From NCBI GenBank assembly GCA_963705115.1, contig CAVPIX010000010.1, forward strand, positions 1,165,461 to 1,229,460: DNA of 64,000 nucleotides. The letters run 5' to 3'. Below the pieces are notes generated by a model, which did not search any database, was not told the origin of the DNA, and saw only the letters and a program-made list of their open reading frames with translations. This document shows, one piece after another, positions 8,686 through 17,995 of the stretch (its first letter is position 1; every line of letters begins with the position of its first letter). Origin of the DNA: an uncultured delta proteobacterium (GTDB lineage Bacteria; Desulfobacterota; Desulfobaccia; Desulfobaccales; 0-14-0-80-60-11). A program made the position numbers and the translations under genes.

Positions 8686-10098
8686 TCAGTTGGCCACCTT
8701 CACCTTCATTTTTTCCAGGCGGGCTATCTGGGCCTGCACCCGGCTGTAGTGGGGGTCGGTGAGGGGCATGTTGGCCAGGGCCTTCCGGAAGTGAAACAGG
8801 GCCGTGGGGTAGGCCCGGGCCGTCAGGCTGTGCAGCCCCAAGAAATAGTGGGCCGGCCCCAGTCGTCCCTTCTCCCCGTAAAGGGTGCCCAAATTGAGAT
8901 ACACCTCCACCAGGGCCGGGTTCAGGGAATACACCCGTTCCATGGCTGCCAGGGCCAGATCAGTATGTTTCTGTTCCTGGTAGATTCGCCCCAGGTAAAA
9001 AAGGATCACTTCATCCTGAGGGTGGCTCTGACTCAGGCGCATGAGCAGCGGCAGGGCCTCCTGGTAACGGTTCCGATCGAAGTAATTGACTGCCTTTTCC
9101 CGTTGCAGCAGGTAGTTCCCCGGGTCCAGGCTCAAGGCCTGGTTCAGGGCCACCTCCGCTTCTTCGGTGCGGTCCAGGCGGGTTAAAGCCAGGGCTTTGC
9201 CGTATAAATACACCGGGTTTTTCGGCTCACTCTGGGAGGCCTGGGCCATGCGCCGGAAAAGCTGGTGGGGGTTGCCGGAGGTGGCCTCCACCTTTAAGGC
9301 GAAGTAGCTAAAATCAGTAATATTTTCGCCAGCCACAATTTTATTTTCGTGGAGACTGTACTGGTTGGCCAACTCCACCAGCCGTTCATCAGTGTGGGGG
9401 TGAGTGCTCAAGTATTGAGGAATGTCTCCCCCCTGAAACCAGCGTTGTTTGTTCAACTTCTTAAAAACACTGATCATATCCCGGGGGTTGTACCCGGTCT
9501 TGGTCATCAATTTGAAGCCCAAATTGTCCGCTTCATGTTCGTAGTCCCGGCTGTACTTCAGCATGGCGGATACCCCGGCGGCTTGGGCGCCCACCAGCAG
9601 GGCCGCAGCCGCAGGGCCTCCCAGGAGCAAGGCCGCCAGGCTCCCCACCATGGTGGCGATGTTGACGTTCCGGGTTTCTTCCATCTGCCGGGCTATGTGC
9701 CGGGCGGAGATGTGGGAGATTTCGTGGGCCAGCACGCCCACCAACTCCCCTTCCCGGTCCATGGCCCGGATGAACCCGGAGTTGATGAAGATATACCCTC
9801 CCGGCACGGCGAAGGCGTTGAAACTGGGGTCATCTATTACGTAAAAGCGGTATTTATAGGCATGGGCGCCAAGATTGGACTCTATCTTGCGGCCCAGGCG
9901 GTTTATATAGGAGGAAACAAAGGGATCTGTGGAGATGGAGTAATAGTTCTGTATTTCCAGGAAAAACTCTTCCCCGATCTGTCGTTCCTTTTCGATGCTC
10001 AGGGTGTCAAATAACCTGGCGGCGGCCGGGTTGGCGCCCCATGCGAGGCTTGCTGCCAAGAGCCAGACCATCAGCCGCCACCTGGCAAGGTTTTTCAT
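8686..10098 (-). CDS. M48-family Zn metalloprotease with TPR repeats (BepA-like)
   Basis: HEISH (HExxH) motif, signal peptide, C-terminal TPR-like repeats. Start chosen at the ATG preceded by AGGAG; an alternative ATG lies at 10116. Confidence 0.8.
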   Translation of the reverse strand: MKNLARWRLMVWLLAASLAWGANPAAARLFDTLSIEKERQIGEEFFLEIQNYYSISTDPFVSSYINRLGRKIESNLGAHAYKYRFYVIDDPSFNAFAVPGGYIFINSGFIRAMDREGELVGVLAHEISHISARHIARQMEETRNVNIATMVGSLAALLLGGPAAAALLVGAQAAGVSAMLKYSRDYEHEADNLGFKLMTKTGYNPRDMISVFKKLNKQRWFQGGDIPQYLSTHPHTDERLVELANQYSLHENKIVAGENITDFSYFALKVEATSGNPHQLFRRMAQASQSEPKNPVYLYGKALALTRLDRTEEAEVALNQALSLDPGNYLLQREKAVNYFDRNRYQEALPLLMRLSQSHPQDEVILFYLGRIYQEQKHTDLALAAMERVYSLNPALVEVYLNLGTLYGEKGRLGPAHYFLGLHSLTARAYPTALFHFRKALANMPLTDPHYSRVQAQIARLEKMKVKVAN

Positions 10099-10115
10099 AA
10101 GAGGTGCTCCTGGCA

Positions 10116-10529
10116 TCAGGGGCGGGGCTGCTCCTGATGCCGGTTATTGGTAAATTCGGGTAATGGCAGGCGATTGGCCTCCACCCACAAGCCCTCAAGG
10201 TCGTAAAACTCTCGCAGCGGGGTAATAAAGAGGTGAATGACCAGATCGACGTAATCCAGGAGAACCCATTGGCCGTCCTCCAGACCTTCCACGCCCAGGG
10301 GTTTGACGCCGGCCTGCCCCAGGGCTTCCTGCAGATGCTGGGCCAGGGCCTGGACGTGGCGCTTGGAGGTTCCGGAACAGATGATAAAGTAGTCTCCCAG
10401 ACTGGAAAGACCCCTGACGTCAAGAATCACCGGCTCAAGGCCTTTTTGATTCACCAGGGTGCGGGCCGCCATTGCCACCAGCTCTTCGGCGGTTAGGGAT
10501 GTCTTTTGAGGTTTGCTGACCGTTCTCAC
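10116..10529 (-). CDS. rsfS: ribosome silencing factor RsfS
   Basis: DYFIICSGTSKRHVQA...DYVDLVIHLF is an iojap/RsfS signature. GTG start immediately after the nadD stop. Confidence 0.8.
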   Translation of the reverse strand: MRTVSKPQKTSLTAEELVAMAARTLVNQKGLEPVILDVRGLSSLGDYFIICSGTSKRHVQALAQHLQEALGQAGVKPLGVEGLEDGQWVLLDYVDLVIHLFITPLREFYDLEGLWVEANRLPLPEFTNNRHQEQPRP

Positions 10530-10530
10530 C

Positions 10531-11189
10531 TTATGCTTTATATAAATTATTTTTAAGTATAAATCGGCGCACATTCTCCGGCAAGAGATATCGGATGGAT
10601 CTCCCCTCTGCCGCCAGCTTGCGGATGCGAGTGGCGGAGATGTCCAGGAGAGTGGTGGCCAAAAGCAGCACCCGGCAGCCCGTTGGATGCTGAAAGCCCC
10701 CTCCCCCGGCCAGGGGTTGAAACCCCGGGTGGACCTCCTGTTTGAGAACCTTGGCTAAATGCGCCGGGTCATAGCCGGGGCGGTCCAACACCACAAAATG
10801 GCTGAGGGTGAACAGTTCCCGGTAATCTTTCCAGGAGGCGATTTCCAAAATCGCGTCCAGGCCGACGATGAAAAAAAGTTCCTGTTCCGGGCCGAACTCT
10901 TCCCGCAGATAGCGCAAGGTTTCAATGGAATAGGATTTGCCGGGCCGCCGTCCCTCCAGATCCGAGACCGCAAAGCGGGGGTGCCGGCCCACCGCCAGCC
11001 GGGTCATGGCCAGCCGCACCTCAAAGGGAGTAACCTGGGCCGGGGCTTTGTGGGGGGGAGCGCGGCGGGCATAAACCAGATCTTATCAAGGTTCAGGGCC
11101 TCGGCCACTTCCTCCGCGGACCGCAAGTGCCCATAATGAATGGGATTGAAGGTCCCGCCGAACAACCCCAGGCGCTTTGGCTTTTTCAT
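10531..11189 (-). pseudogene. nadD: nicotinate-nucleotide adenylyltransferase NadD, interrupted by a -1 frameshift in a homopolymer
   Basis: [12 protein letters not shown] at the N-terminus. The expected PPHK motif is reached only after shifting frame at the G7 run (11052-11058, C7 on the coding strand). The two ORFs 11004..11189 and 10531..11019 join into one NadD. Confidence 0.8.
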
Positions 11190-11207
11190 TCTTGGATTGG
11201 GTTTGGT

Positions 11208-11395
11208 GGGGGGAGGGCCAGGGAGCGGTGGCTCCCTGCCCTCCCCCCATACCCCCCTCCCAACCCTTTAGTGGGCCTGAAAATTTAGGACCATGGGTCC
11301 CGAATTTCCAGGCAGATAAATACCCCCATCAAGGGATTGGGGGAGGGGGCGTGGGGGAGGGGGTAAGGGGCCACCGCCCCTTAGCCCCCTCCCCC
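11208..11395. repeat. two long G/C-run hairpin elements in the nadD-proA spacer
   Basis: GGGGGGAGGGCCAGGGAGC..GCTCCCTGCCCTCCCCCC (11208-11248) and GGGGGAGGGGG..CCCCCTCCCCC (11339-11395). Confidence 0.6.
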
Positions 11396-11402
11396 AAAAA
11401 CC

Positions 11403-12660
11403 TTAAGTTCTAATTTGCCCTGAACCATAAACTATGAACTTGGTGGTGGTCAGTTCTTCCAGGCTCATGGGTCCGAAGGCGTGGAGTTTGCTGGTGGAAA
11501 TGCCGATCTCGGCGCCCAGCCCCAGCTCGCCGCCGTCGTTGAAGCGGGTGGAGGCGTTCACCAGGACCACCGAGGAGTCCACCTCCCGAAGGAAGCGCTG
11601 GGCCCGGTCGTAGTCCCGGGTCAGGATGGCCTCGGTGTGGTTGGAGCTGTACTGGGCGATGTGGCCCAGGGCCGCGTCCAGGTCGGGGACCACCTTGACG
11701 GCCAGGATCAAATCCAGAAACTCATAGCCCCAGTCCTCCTCCTGGGCCGGCTTCACCTGGGGGTCGATCTTCTGGGTGGCCGGGCAACCCCGGAGTTCCA
11801 CCTCGGCCTCCCGGAAGCGGGCGTGCATGCGTGGGATGAAAGTCGGCGCGATTTTCTCATGGACCAGCATGGTCTCCATGGCGTTGCACACCCCGGGGCG
11901 CTGCACCTTGGCGTTGAAGCACACCGTTTCCGCCAGGTCCGGGTCGGCGCCCTCGTCCACGAAGATGTGGCACACCCCCTTGTAGTGCTTGAGGACCGGG
12001 ATGCGGGAGTTTTCCGCCACAAAGCGGATGAGGCCCTCGCCCCCCCGGGGGATGATGAGGTCCACCAGTTCGTCCTGCTTCAGCAGCTCCAAGGTGGCCT
12101 CCCGGGCGACGCTGGGGATGACCTGCACCGCGCCCGCGGGGATGTTGAACTCACTCAAGGCGTCCTGCATGAGCTTGGCCAGGGCCAGGTTCGAGTGCAG
12201 GGCCTCCTTCCCCCCTTTGAGGATAACGCTGTTGCCGCTTTTGAGGCAAAGCGACGGCCGCGTCCACCGTGACGTTGGGCCGGGACTCGTAAATAAAGCC
12301 GATGACCCCCAGGGGGATGCGCACCCGCCCCACGAGCAAACCGTTGGGCCGCCGCCACATCTTCACCACTTCCCCCACCGGGTCGGGGAGAGCCGCCACT
12401 TCCTCCAGGGCCTTGACCATGGAGGCCATGACCTTGTCGGACAGGGTCAGCCGGTCGATGAACGCGGCCGGGTGCCCCTCGGCCTTGGCCTTCTCCACAT
12501 CCTTGGCGTTCTCCGCCTGGATCTCGGCCTGCCGTTCCTTGAGGAGCGCCGCCATGCGCAGGAGCACCTGGTCCTTGACGCCCCGGGACAGATTCCCCAG
12601 GGGCCGGGCCGCCGCTTTGGCCTCAAGGGCAAAATTTGTTACGACTTCGGCTACATTCAT
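11403..12660 (-). pseudogene. proA: gamma-glutamyl phosphate reductase ProA, interrupted by a frameshift
   Basis: ORF 12151..12660 ends ...[12 protein letters not shown]. The continuation [22 protein letters not shown]... is in another frame and leads into ORF 11403..12170. An extra base lies near 12254-12258. Confidence 0.8.
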
Positions 12661-12683
12661 TTCGTCTCCAAGAATACTTGTAA

Positions 12684-14372
12684 TTATGACATTCCGAGCC
12701 TATACGGATCTCTAATCCACTGAGCGATATTTTTTATGAAATCCCAGACATCGCCTTGCCCTGGCTTAACATAATTCCCAGAATCTGGGTCACTTCCCAT
12801 TTTCTCAAAAATATCGACTAGCCATTCAGGCCCATGTCCTTTGGCGTTAAGGCTTTTCAACCATGCCTCGAGCTCTCCATTTGGAACTACAAAAATACCA
12901 TATTTTGCTAAGCTGGATAAAAGACTTAAAACTATCTCATTTTCTTTGGCATCTAATTTATTGATTCCCTCTTTCTTTGGATTTAGACCTTTCTTCTCAA
13001 AGAGCTTATAGCTCTCTCCTCGGAGAGTACCCCATGTATTTATGAGTTCTTGTGGAACATTACAATTTTTAAGCAAATTCTTAAGCTCATCACCCTTTTT
13101 AATTATATCAAGGTCAACTATTGCAGCGGCAGATATTCCCATTTCTCTTAGTGGTCCAACGATATTTTTTATCGTCTGTTTATTTTGGGCATTTAAAAAA
13201 ATACAATTATCTAAACCACCTTTTTGGAAAGAAAGTAGTCTCCCATTAATTTCTTGGTAGAAGACTCTATCAGTATCAGCCTCGCAAATTATGGCGCTTT
13301 CATGAAATAAGGCGCTCAGTACGCCACTAGAACGCATCAATGGGTCTCTCATTATCAATTGAAGTTTTTCTGACGAAAGAAGGCGAGCAGTTGCAATTCC
13401 ACCGGAGTATGTCAATCTAATAATATTGACGGGCTTCCCTGATTGAACACATCCCATTAAAAAATCTGAACTGTGAGTTGCTGCAAATACATTAGCCTTC
13501 CTCTCAGTAGCAATTCTGGCAAGATAATTTCCCAGTTTCCTAATTAAAGGTGGGTGTAAAAATGCTTCTGGCTCATCAATCAAAATAATTTTAAAATCAG
13601 AACTCAATAGAGCAGATATTATTCCTGTGTAAGCTTTTATCCCGTCACTCAATTCAGCAATCTCAAAAGCATTCGCATGAAAAGCTCGTGCTCTCTCATC
13701 TAATGCTTGTTCTTCAAGTGAATCTGACGGTTCCTGCAGTGACATTCTTATACGAAATTTGTTCATTCCTGTTGGATCTATTGTAAAATATAATCCAAAG
13801 GCATCCGCTGTAATATTACGAATAGTTATTCTTGATTCTTCATCTTTAAATAAAGACATCAAGTGACTGGTAGATTCTCTTTGTAAATCACCAGATGGCC
13901 TATCATCAGTAAGCGAAAACCGTGTTCTGCCATCAAGTCTTATTGTAAATAAATTAATGAGATTACTACATATGACTCCTAATAAATTGCTATTAAGATT
14001 TTTATTATATTCTTCTACAAGACGTAACAAATCATTTAAAGGAATCTCATGTCTATCAATCCTACCTTCTATTAACTGTATTTTGCCAATTAAGATATTT
14101 CCTTCCCTAATATTTTCATTAGGCAATGGCAGAAGAGATTTTGATAAAAGTATTTCTCTGACTTTATCCTTATTTGGCAAAATATAATCAATATTATCAA
14201 TTATCTTTCTATTTTCTACGGGACCCATTCTTGAAAAGGTCTCGATTTCTCGTAAAATAAGACTTTTCCCTGAATTATTAGGACCAACAAAAACTGTTAC
14301 TCCTCCAGGTTTAAACGCAAGAGGTTGGGAACTTAATTGCTGGCCAAATTTTAATTTAATCTCGTCAATCAT
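12684..14372 (-). CDS. ABC-type ATPase fused to a Toprim/DUF4435-like nuclease domain (OLD-family / GajA / fused AriA-AriB-like)
   Basis: Walker A GPNNSGKS, signature-like LSDGIK, Walker B ILIDEPEAFLHP, ATHS. C-terminal part has CEADTD, IVDLDII (DxD) and VVPNGELEAWL. Strongly AT-rich versus its flanks. Confidence 0.6.
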   Translation of the reverse strand: MIDEIKLKFGQQLSSQPLAFKPGGVTVFVGPNNSGKSLILREIETFSRMGPVENRKIIDNIDYILPNKDKVREILLSKSLLPLPNENIREGNILIGKIQLIEGRIDRHEIPLNDLLRLVEEYNKNLNSNLLGVICSNLINLFTIRLDGRTRFSLTDDRPSGDLQRESTSHLMSLFKDEESRITIRNITADAFGLYFTIDPTGMNKFRIRMSLQEPSDSLEEQALDERARAFHANAFEIAELSDGIKAYTGIISALLSSDFKIILIDEPEAFLHPPLIRKLGNYLARIATERKANVFAATHSSDFLMGCVQSGKPVNIIRLTYSGGIATARLLSSEKLQLIMRDPLMRSSGVLSALFHESAIICEADTDRVFYQEINGRLLSFQKGGLDNCIFLNAQNKQTIKNIVGPLREMGISAAAIVDLDIIKKGDELKNLLKNCNVPQELINTWGTLRGESYKLFEKKGLNPKKEGINKLDAKENEIVLSLLSSLAKYGIFVVPNGELEAWLKSLNAKGHGPEWLVDIFEKMGSDPDSGNYVKPGQGDVWDFIKNIAQWIRDPYRLGMS

Positions 14373-15520
14373 CCGTTGCCGAATTCCGGAAAGATCACCA
14401 GGTTGTCCCGGTGGATGACTTCGTCCGCGTCGGTGTGGCCCAAAGCCTGGGCGATCTCCTGGGTCTGTTTGCCCTTGATGCGGTTGATGTCCCGGGAGGA
14501 ATAGTTGCTCAGGCCCACCGCAAAAGTTTGGCCTTCCGGGTCCATGAGGCTCACCGGCGCGCCCTTGCGGAAGCCGCCGAAAACTTCGAGGATGCCCGCC
14601 GGCAGCAGGCTTTTCCCCATGCGCACCAGGGCCTCCCGGGCGCCGAGGTCCACCAGGATGGCGCCTTTGGGGGCCACGTTGTAGGCCAGCCAGTATTGGC
14701 GGCTGGAGAGTTTTTGGGTTTGGGGCAGAAAGAACGTACCCACTTCTTGGCCGCCAAAAATCTCCCCCAGAATGCCGGGGCGCCGGCCGTTGGCGATGAG
14801 GCTGGGAACCCCGGCCGCGGCCGCCTTCTTCACGGCCTGAAGCTTGCTGACCATGCCCCCGGTGCCCAGCTCATTGGGGCGCTCTCCGGCTGCGGTGGCC
14901 AGCCGCGGATCACTGGTTTCCAGAAAGGTCAGCAGGGGCGCGTCCGGGTCCTCCCGGGGGTCCCGGGCATAGAGGCCCTCGGTGTTGGTGAGCAGAATCA
15001 ATAAATCCGCCTCCACCAGGTTGGAGATGAGCGCGGCCAGGTGGTCGTTGTCCCCGAATTTCAGTTCGTCGGTGGCCACCGTGTCGTTTTCGTTGATGAT
15101 GGGGACCACGCCCCACTGGAGGAGGGTGAACAGGGTGTTTTTGGCGTTGACGAAGCGGCCCCGGGCGGCCAGGTCGTCGTGGCTCAGGAGGATTTGGGCC
15201 ACCTTGAGGTCATGGGCGGCAAAGGCCTCTTCATAGGTCTGTATCAGGGTGCTCTGCCCCACCGCAGCCACGGCCTGCACCTGGGGCATGCTGGCCGGGC
15301 GCAGACAGATGCCCAGTTTTCTCAAGCCGGCGGACACCGCGCCCGAGGATACCATGACAAACTGGTGCTCGGTTTGCCGCAACCCGGCGATTTCTTTCAC
15401 CAGGCGCTGGATGAGGGGCAGGTTCAAGCCATCGGCGGCGGTGAGTACTGAGCTTCCCAGCTTCAGGACCACCCGCCGGGCTTTTTGCAGATATTGTTGG
15501 CGAGGACTACCGGCGTGCAC
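14369..15520 (-). CDS. proB: glutamate 5-kinase ProB (with PUA domain)
   Basis: RVVLKLGSSVLT N-terminus, amino-acid kinase fold motifs, C-terminal PUA-like region. Confidence 0.9.
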   Translation of the reverse strand: MHAGSPRQQYLQKARRVVLKLGSSVLTAADGLNLPLIQRLVKEIAGLRQTEHQFVMVSSGAVSAGLRKLGICLRPASMPQVQAVAAVGQSTLIQTYEEAFAAHDLKVAQILLSHDDLAARGRFVNAKNTLFTLLQWGVVPIINENDTVATDELKFGDNDHLAALISNLVEADLLILLTNTEGLYARDPREDPDAPLLTFLETSDPRLATAAGERPNELGTGGMVSKLQAVKKAAAAGVPSLIANGRRPGILGEIFGGQEVGTFFLPQTQKLSSRQYWLAYNVAPKGAILVDLGAREALVRMGKSLLPAGILEVFGGFRKGAPVSLMDPEGQTFAVGLSNYSSRDINRIKGKQTQEIAQALGHTDADEVIHRDNLVIFPEFGNG

Positions 15521-15639
15521 GTGTCATTACCCGAAATATGCAAAGATGTGAAGACATTATACCGGATAATGTGGGTGTCGGGGGGATTAAATTTTCACAA
15601 AAAACAAGTTTGGCAATCTCTGAGGAAGCAGGGGACGCT

Positions 15640-16695
15640 TCAGGGCCGGGAGAAGGGGGCGTCATCCTCCCTTTCGGCTGCGGCATCTTCCGGGTGACGG
15701 GCCGCCACTTCGGCCAGGACTTGCCGCAACTCCGGCAGGCCTTCGCCGGTGTGGGCCGAAATCACCAGGGGGTCTTCCCCGGCCTGCCGGTAGGCGGCCA
15801 CCACCTGGTCCAGGGGGAAATCCGGCGGCACAAGGTCCTTTTTATTCAAAACCACCCAGCGGGGTCTTTTGAGCAACTCGGGATCAAAGGCCTGCATCTC
15901 CCGCTCCAAAGCTTTTAAGGGGGCCAGAGGGTTTTTCGGGTCCACCTGGGTCACGTCCAGGAGCACCAGCAAAAGCCGGGTGCGACGCAAATGACGCAGG
16001 AACCGGTGCCCCAGGCCTTTGCCTTTGTGGGCGTCGGCGATCAACCCGGGGATTTCCGCCACCACCAGGGGCTCCCGGTCTTCAAGATAGACCACCCCCA
16101 ACTGGGGGCTGAGCGTGGTAAAAGGAAAATCGCCCACCCGGGCCTGGGACGCGGTGAGGGCTCTCAAGAGGGTGGTCTTGCCGGCATTGGGCGCGCCCAT
16201 GAAGCCCACATCGGCCAAAATCTGGAGTTCCAGGCGCAGGCGCCGGCTCTCCCCCTGTTCCCCCGGCTGGGAAAAGCGGGGCGAGCGCATTCGGGACGAG
16301 GTGAAATGGGCGTTGCCCTTGCCGCCGCGGCCCCCTTTGGCCGCGACCAGGCGCTCTCCGGGCTTCAGCAACTCGGCCAGGAGTTTGCCGGATTCCAGGT
16401 CATACACCAGGGTGCCCAGGGGTACGCGCACCGGGAGAGTGGGACCGCTTTTGCCCAGGCGGTCCTGACCATGCCCGGCCTGACCGTTATCGGCCTGGAA
16501 CAAACGCCGCCGCTTAAAATAAGCCAGGGTGCGTTCGTGAGAAGAGGCCTCTAAGATGACATCCCCGCCCGAGCCCCCGTTGCCGCCGTCGGGGCGGCCC
16601 CGGGGTTGAAAGCGGGCCCGACGGAAGCTTACGCAGCCTGCGCCGCCGGCGCCCCCTTGGACAGTGATCTCCGCCTCATCGGGGAAGGATTTCAA
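15640..16695 (-). CDS. obg: GTPase Obg/CgtA
   Basis: Gly-rich Obg fold ([13 protein letters not shown]...[10 protein letters not shown]) and G1 motif [11 protein letters not shown]. Confidence 0.9.
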   Translation of the reverse strand: MKSFPDEAEITVQGGAGGAGCVSFRRARFQPRGRPDGGNGGSGGDVILEASSHERTLAYFKRRRLFQADNGQAGHGQDRLGKSGPTLPVRVPLGTLVYDLESGKLLAELLKPGERLVAAKGGRGGKGNAHFTSSRMRSPRFSQPGEQGESRRLRLELQILADVGFMGAPNAGKTTLLRALTASQARVGDFPFTTLSPQLGVVYLEDREPLVVAEIPGLIADAHKGKGLGHRFLRHLRRTRLLLVLLDVTQVDPKNPLAPLKALEREMQAFDPELLKRPRWVVLNKKDLVPPDFPLDQVVAAYRQAGEDPLVISAHTGEGLPELRQVLAEVAARHPEDAAAEREDDAPFSRP

Positions 16696-16949
16696 GCGAT
16701 GGGGTGAACGCTGACCCTTTTGCGGTCTTTGCCGAAAGCCTCAAAGGCCACCACGCCGTCGATCTTGGCGAACAAGGTGAAGTCTCGGCCCAAGCCCACA
16801 TTGAGCCCTGGGTGGATGCGGGTGCCCACCTGGCGTACCAGGATGTTGCCGGCTTTTACCTGCTGGCCGGCATAGCGTTTGACGCCCCGGCGCTTCCCGG
16901 CACTATCCCTGCCGTTGCGGGAACTCCCGCCTGCTTTTTTGTGTGCCAC
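16692..16949 (-). CDS. rpmA: 50S ribosomal protein L27
   Basis: [16 protein letters not shown]... is the canonical L27 N-terminus. Confidence 0.95.
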   Translation of the reverse strand: MAHKKAGGSSRNGRDSAGKRRGVKRYAGQQVKAGNILVRQVGTRIHPGLNVGLGRDFTLFAKIDGVVAFEAFGKDRKRVSVHPIA

Positions 16950-17009
16950 GGTTATATCTCCCGTTCAAGTGTTGCTCAAAAGGGCAAGTCTTGCCGCCCT
17001 CTCTGGCGC

Positions 17010-17321
17010 TCACACCTGAATATCTTTAATCTCTAAGGCGGTGTAAAGTTGGCGGTGGCCCTGCTTGCGACGGTACTTTTTCCGGCGCTTTTTCTTGAAG
17101 ACAATGATCTTCTTGCCTTTGCCCTGCCGCACAATCTCACTCAACACCCGGGCCCCGGCCACCAGGGGTTGGCCCACCTGGATGGCTTCAGCGTCGGCTA
17201 CCAGGAGCACCTGCTCCAGCAGCACTTCATCGCCCCGCTCTCCGGGGAGGCGTTCCACCCGGAGAATGTCTCCCGGGGAGACCCGGTATTGTTTCCCGCC
17301 AGTTTGAACAATGGCGAACAA
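17010..17321 (-). CDS. rplU: 50S ribosomal protein L21
   Basis: FAIVQTGGKQYRV signature. Start set at the TTG preceded by GGAGG, so shorter than the 112-aa track ORF. Confidence 0.9.
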   Translation of the reverse strand: MFAIVQTGGKQYRVSPGDILRVERLPGERGDEVLLEQVLLVADAEAIQVGQPLVAGARVLSEIVRQGKGKKIIVFKKKRRKKYRRKQGHRQLYTALEIKDIQV

Positions 17322-17351
17322 GGTAACCTCCAGAGAAAATCTAACCAAAAA

Positions 17352-17379
17352 ATATTACAATTTTTAAAATTTTTGTCAA
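17352..17379 (-). promoter_or_regulatory. sigma70-like promoter of rplU-rpmA-obg
   Basis: On the minus strand: TTGACA, 16-nt spacer, TAATAT, about 30 nt upstream of the rplU start. Confidence 0.55.
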
Positions 17380-17512
17380 CCTTCTTTTGATAACCGCTCT
17401 ATAAATCACTCTGTCTCCAAGTCCTAAACAGCAAGGGCGGCCTGGATGTAGTCCTTACCCTTTTACGTTATAATTGCTGAAAAATACATGGCTTAAGACA
17501 AGGAGTCGGAGT

Positions 17513-17842
17513 TTGGAAATCGCCAAGTCTCTTTTTTATTTCCTGGTTGCCGGACTGTGCGAAATAGGCGGAGGGTATTTAGTCTGGCTCTGGCTGCGGG
17601 AAGGCCACAAATTCTGGGTTGCCCTCTTGGGAGCTGTTGTCCTTATCATGTATGGAGTCGTGCCCACCCTTCAACCTGCCCACTTTGGCCGGGTCTATGC
17701 TGCTTACGGCGGCGTTTTCATCGTTCTCTCCATTCTCTGGGGGTGGCAGGTTGACAAGATAATGCCGGATAGATTTGACCTCATGGGAGGGGCTCTCGCT
17801 TTGGCTGGTGTCTTTGTTATTATGTACTGGCCAAGGGTATAA
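17513..17842 (+). CDS. ynfA: YnfA-family (UPF0060) small membrane protein
   Basis: [17 protein letters not shown]...[12 protein letters not shown] matches the YnfA family. TTG start after AGGAG. Confidence 0.75.
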   Translation: MEIAKSLFYFLVAGLCEIGGGYLVWLWLREGHKFWVALLGAVVLIMYGVVPTLQPAHFGRVYAAYGGVFIVLSILWGWQVDKIMPDRFDLMGGALALAGVFVIMYWPRV

Positions 17843-17995
17843 CCCTCCGGCCCATTCCATCTTTTCCCTTTCCGACCCTCTTTACCCGTTTCAATTCAGG
17901 TTGTTGACAGGGCCTACGGGGCGGATTAAGATGCATCTGACCGAAAAAAAACCTGTCCACCTAAAGTTTAAGAATTCAGAGCCCTCCTGACAGAT

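Noticed and set aside
11052-11058. Programmed frameshift or phase-variable switch at the G7 run in nadD
   Set aside because: nadD is essential, and five other conserved genes in the window carry non-homopolymer indels. A general sequence-quality problem is the simpler explanation.
11177-11413. 78-aa Gly/Pro-rich ORF between nadD and proA
   Set aside because: It is a translation of the poly-G/poly-C hairpin repeats and has no coding signal.
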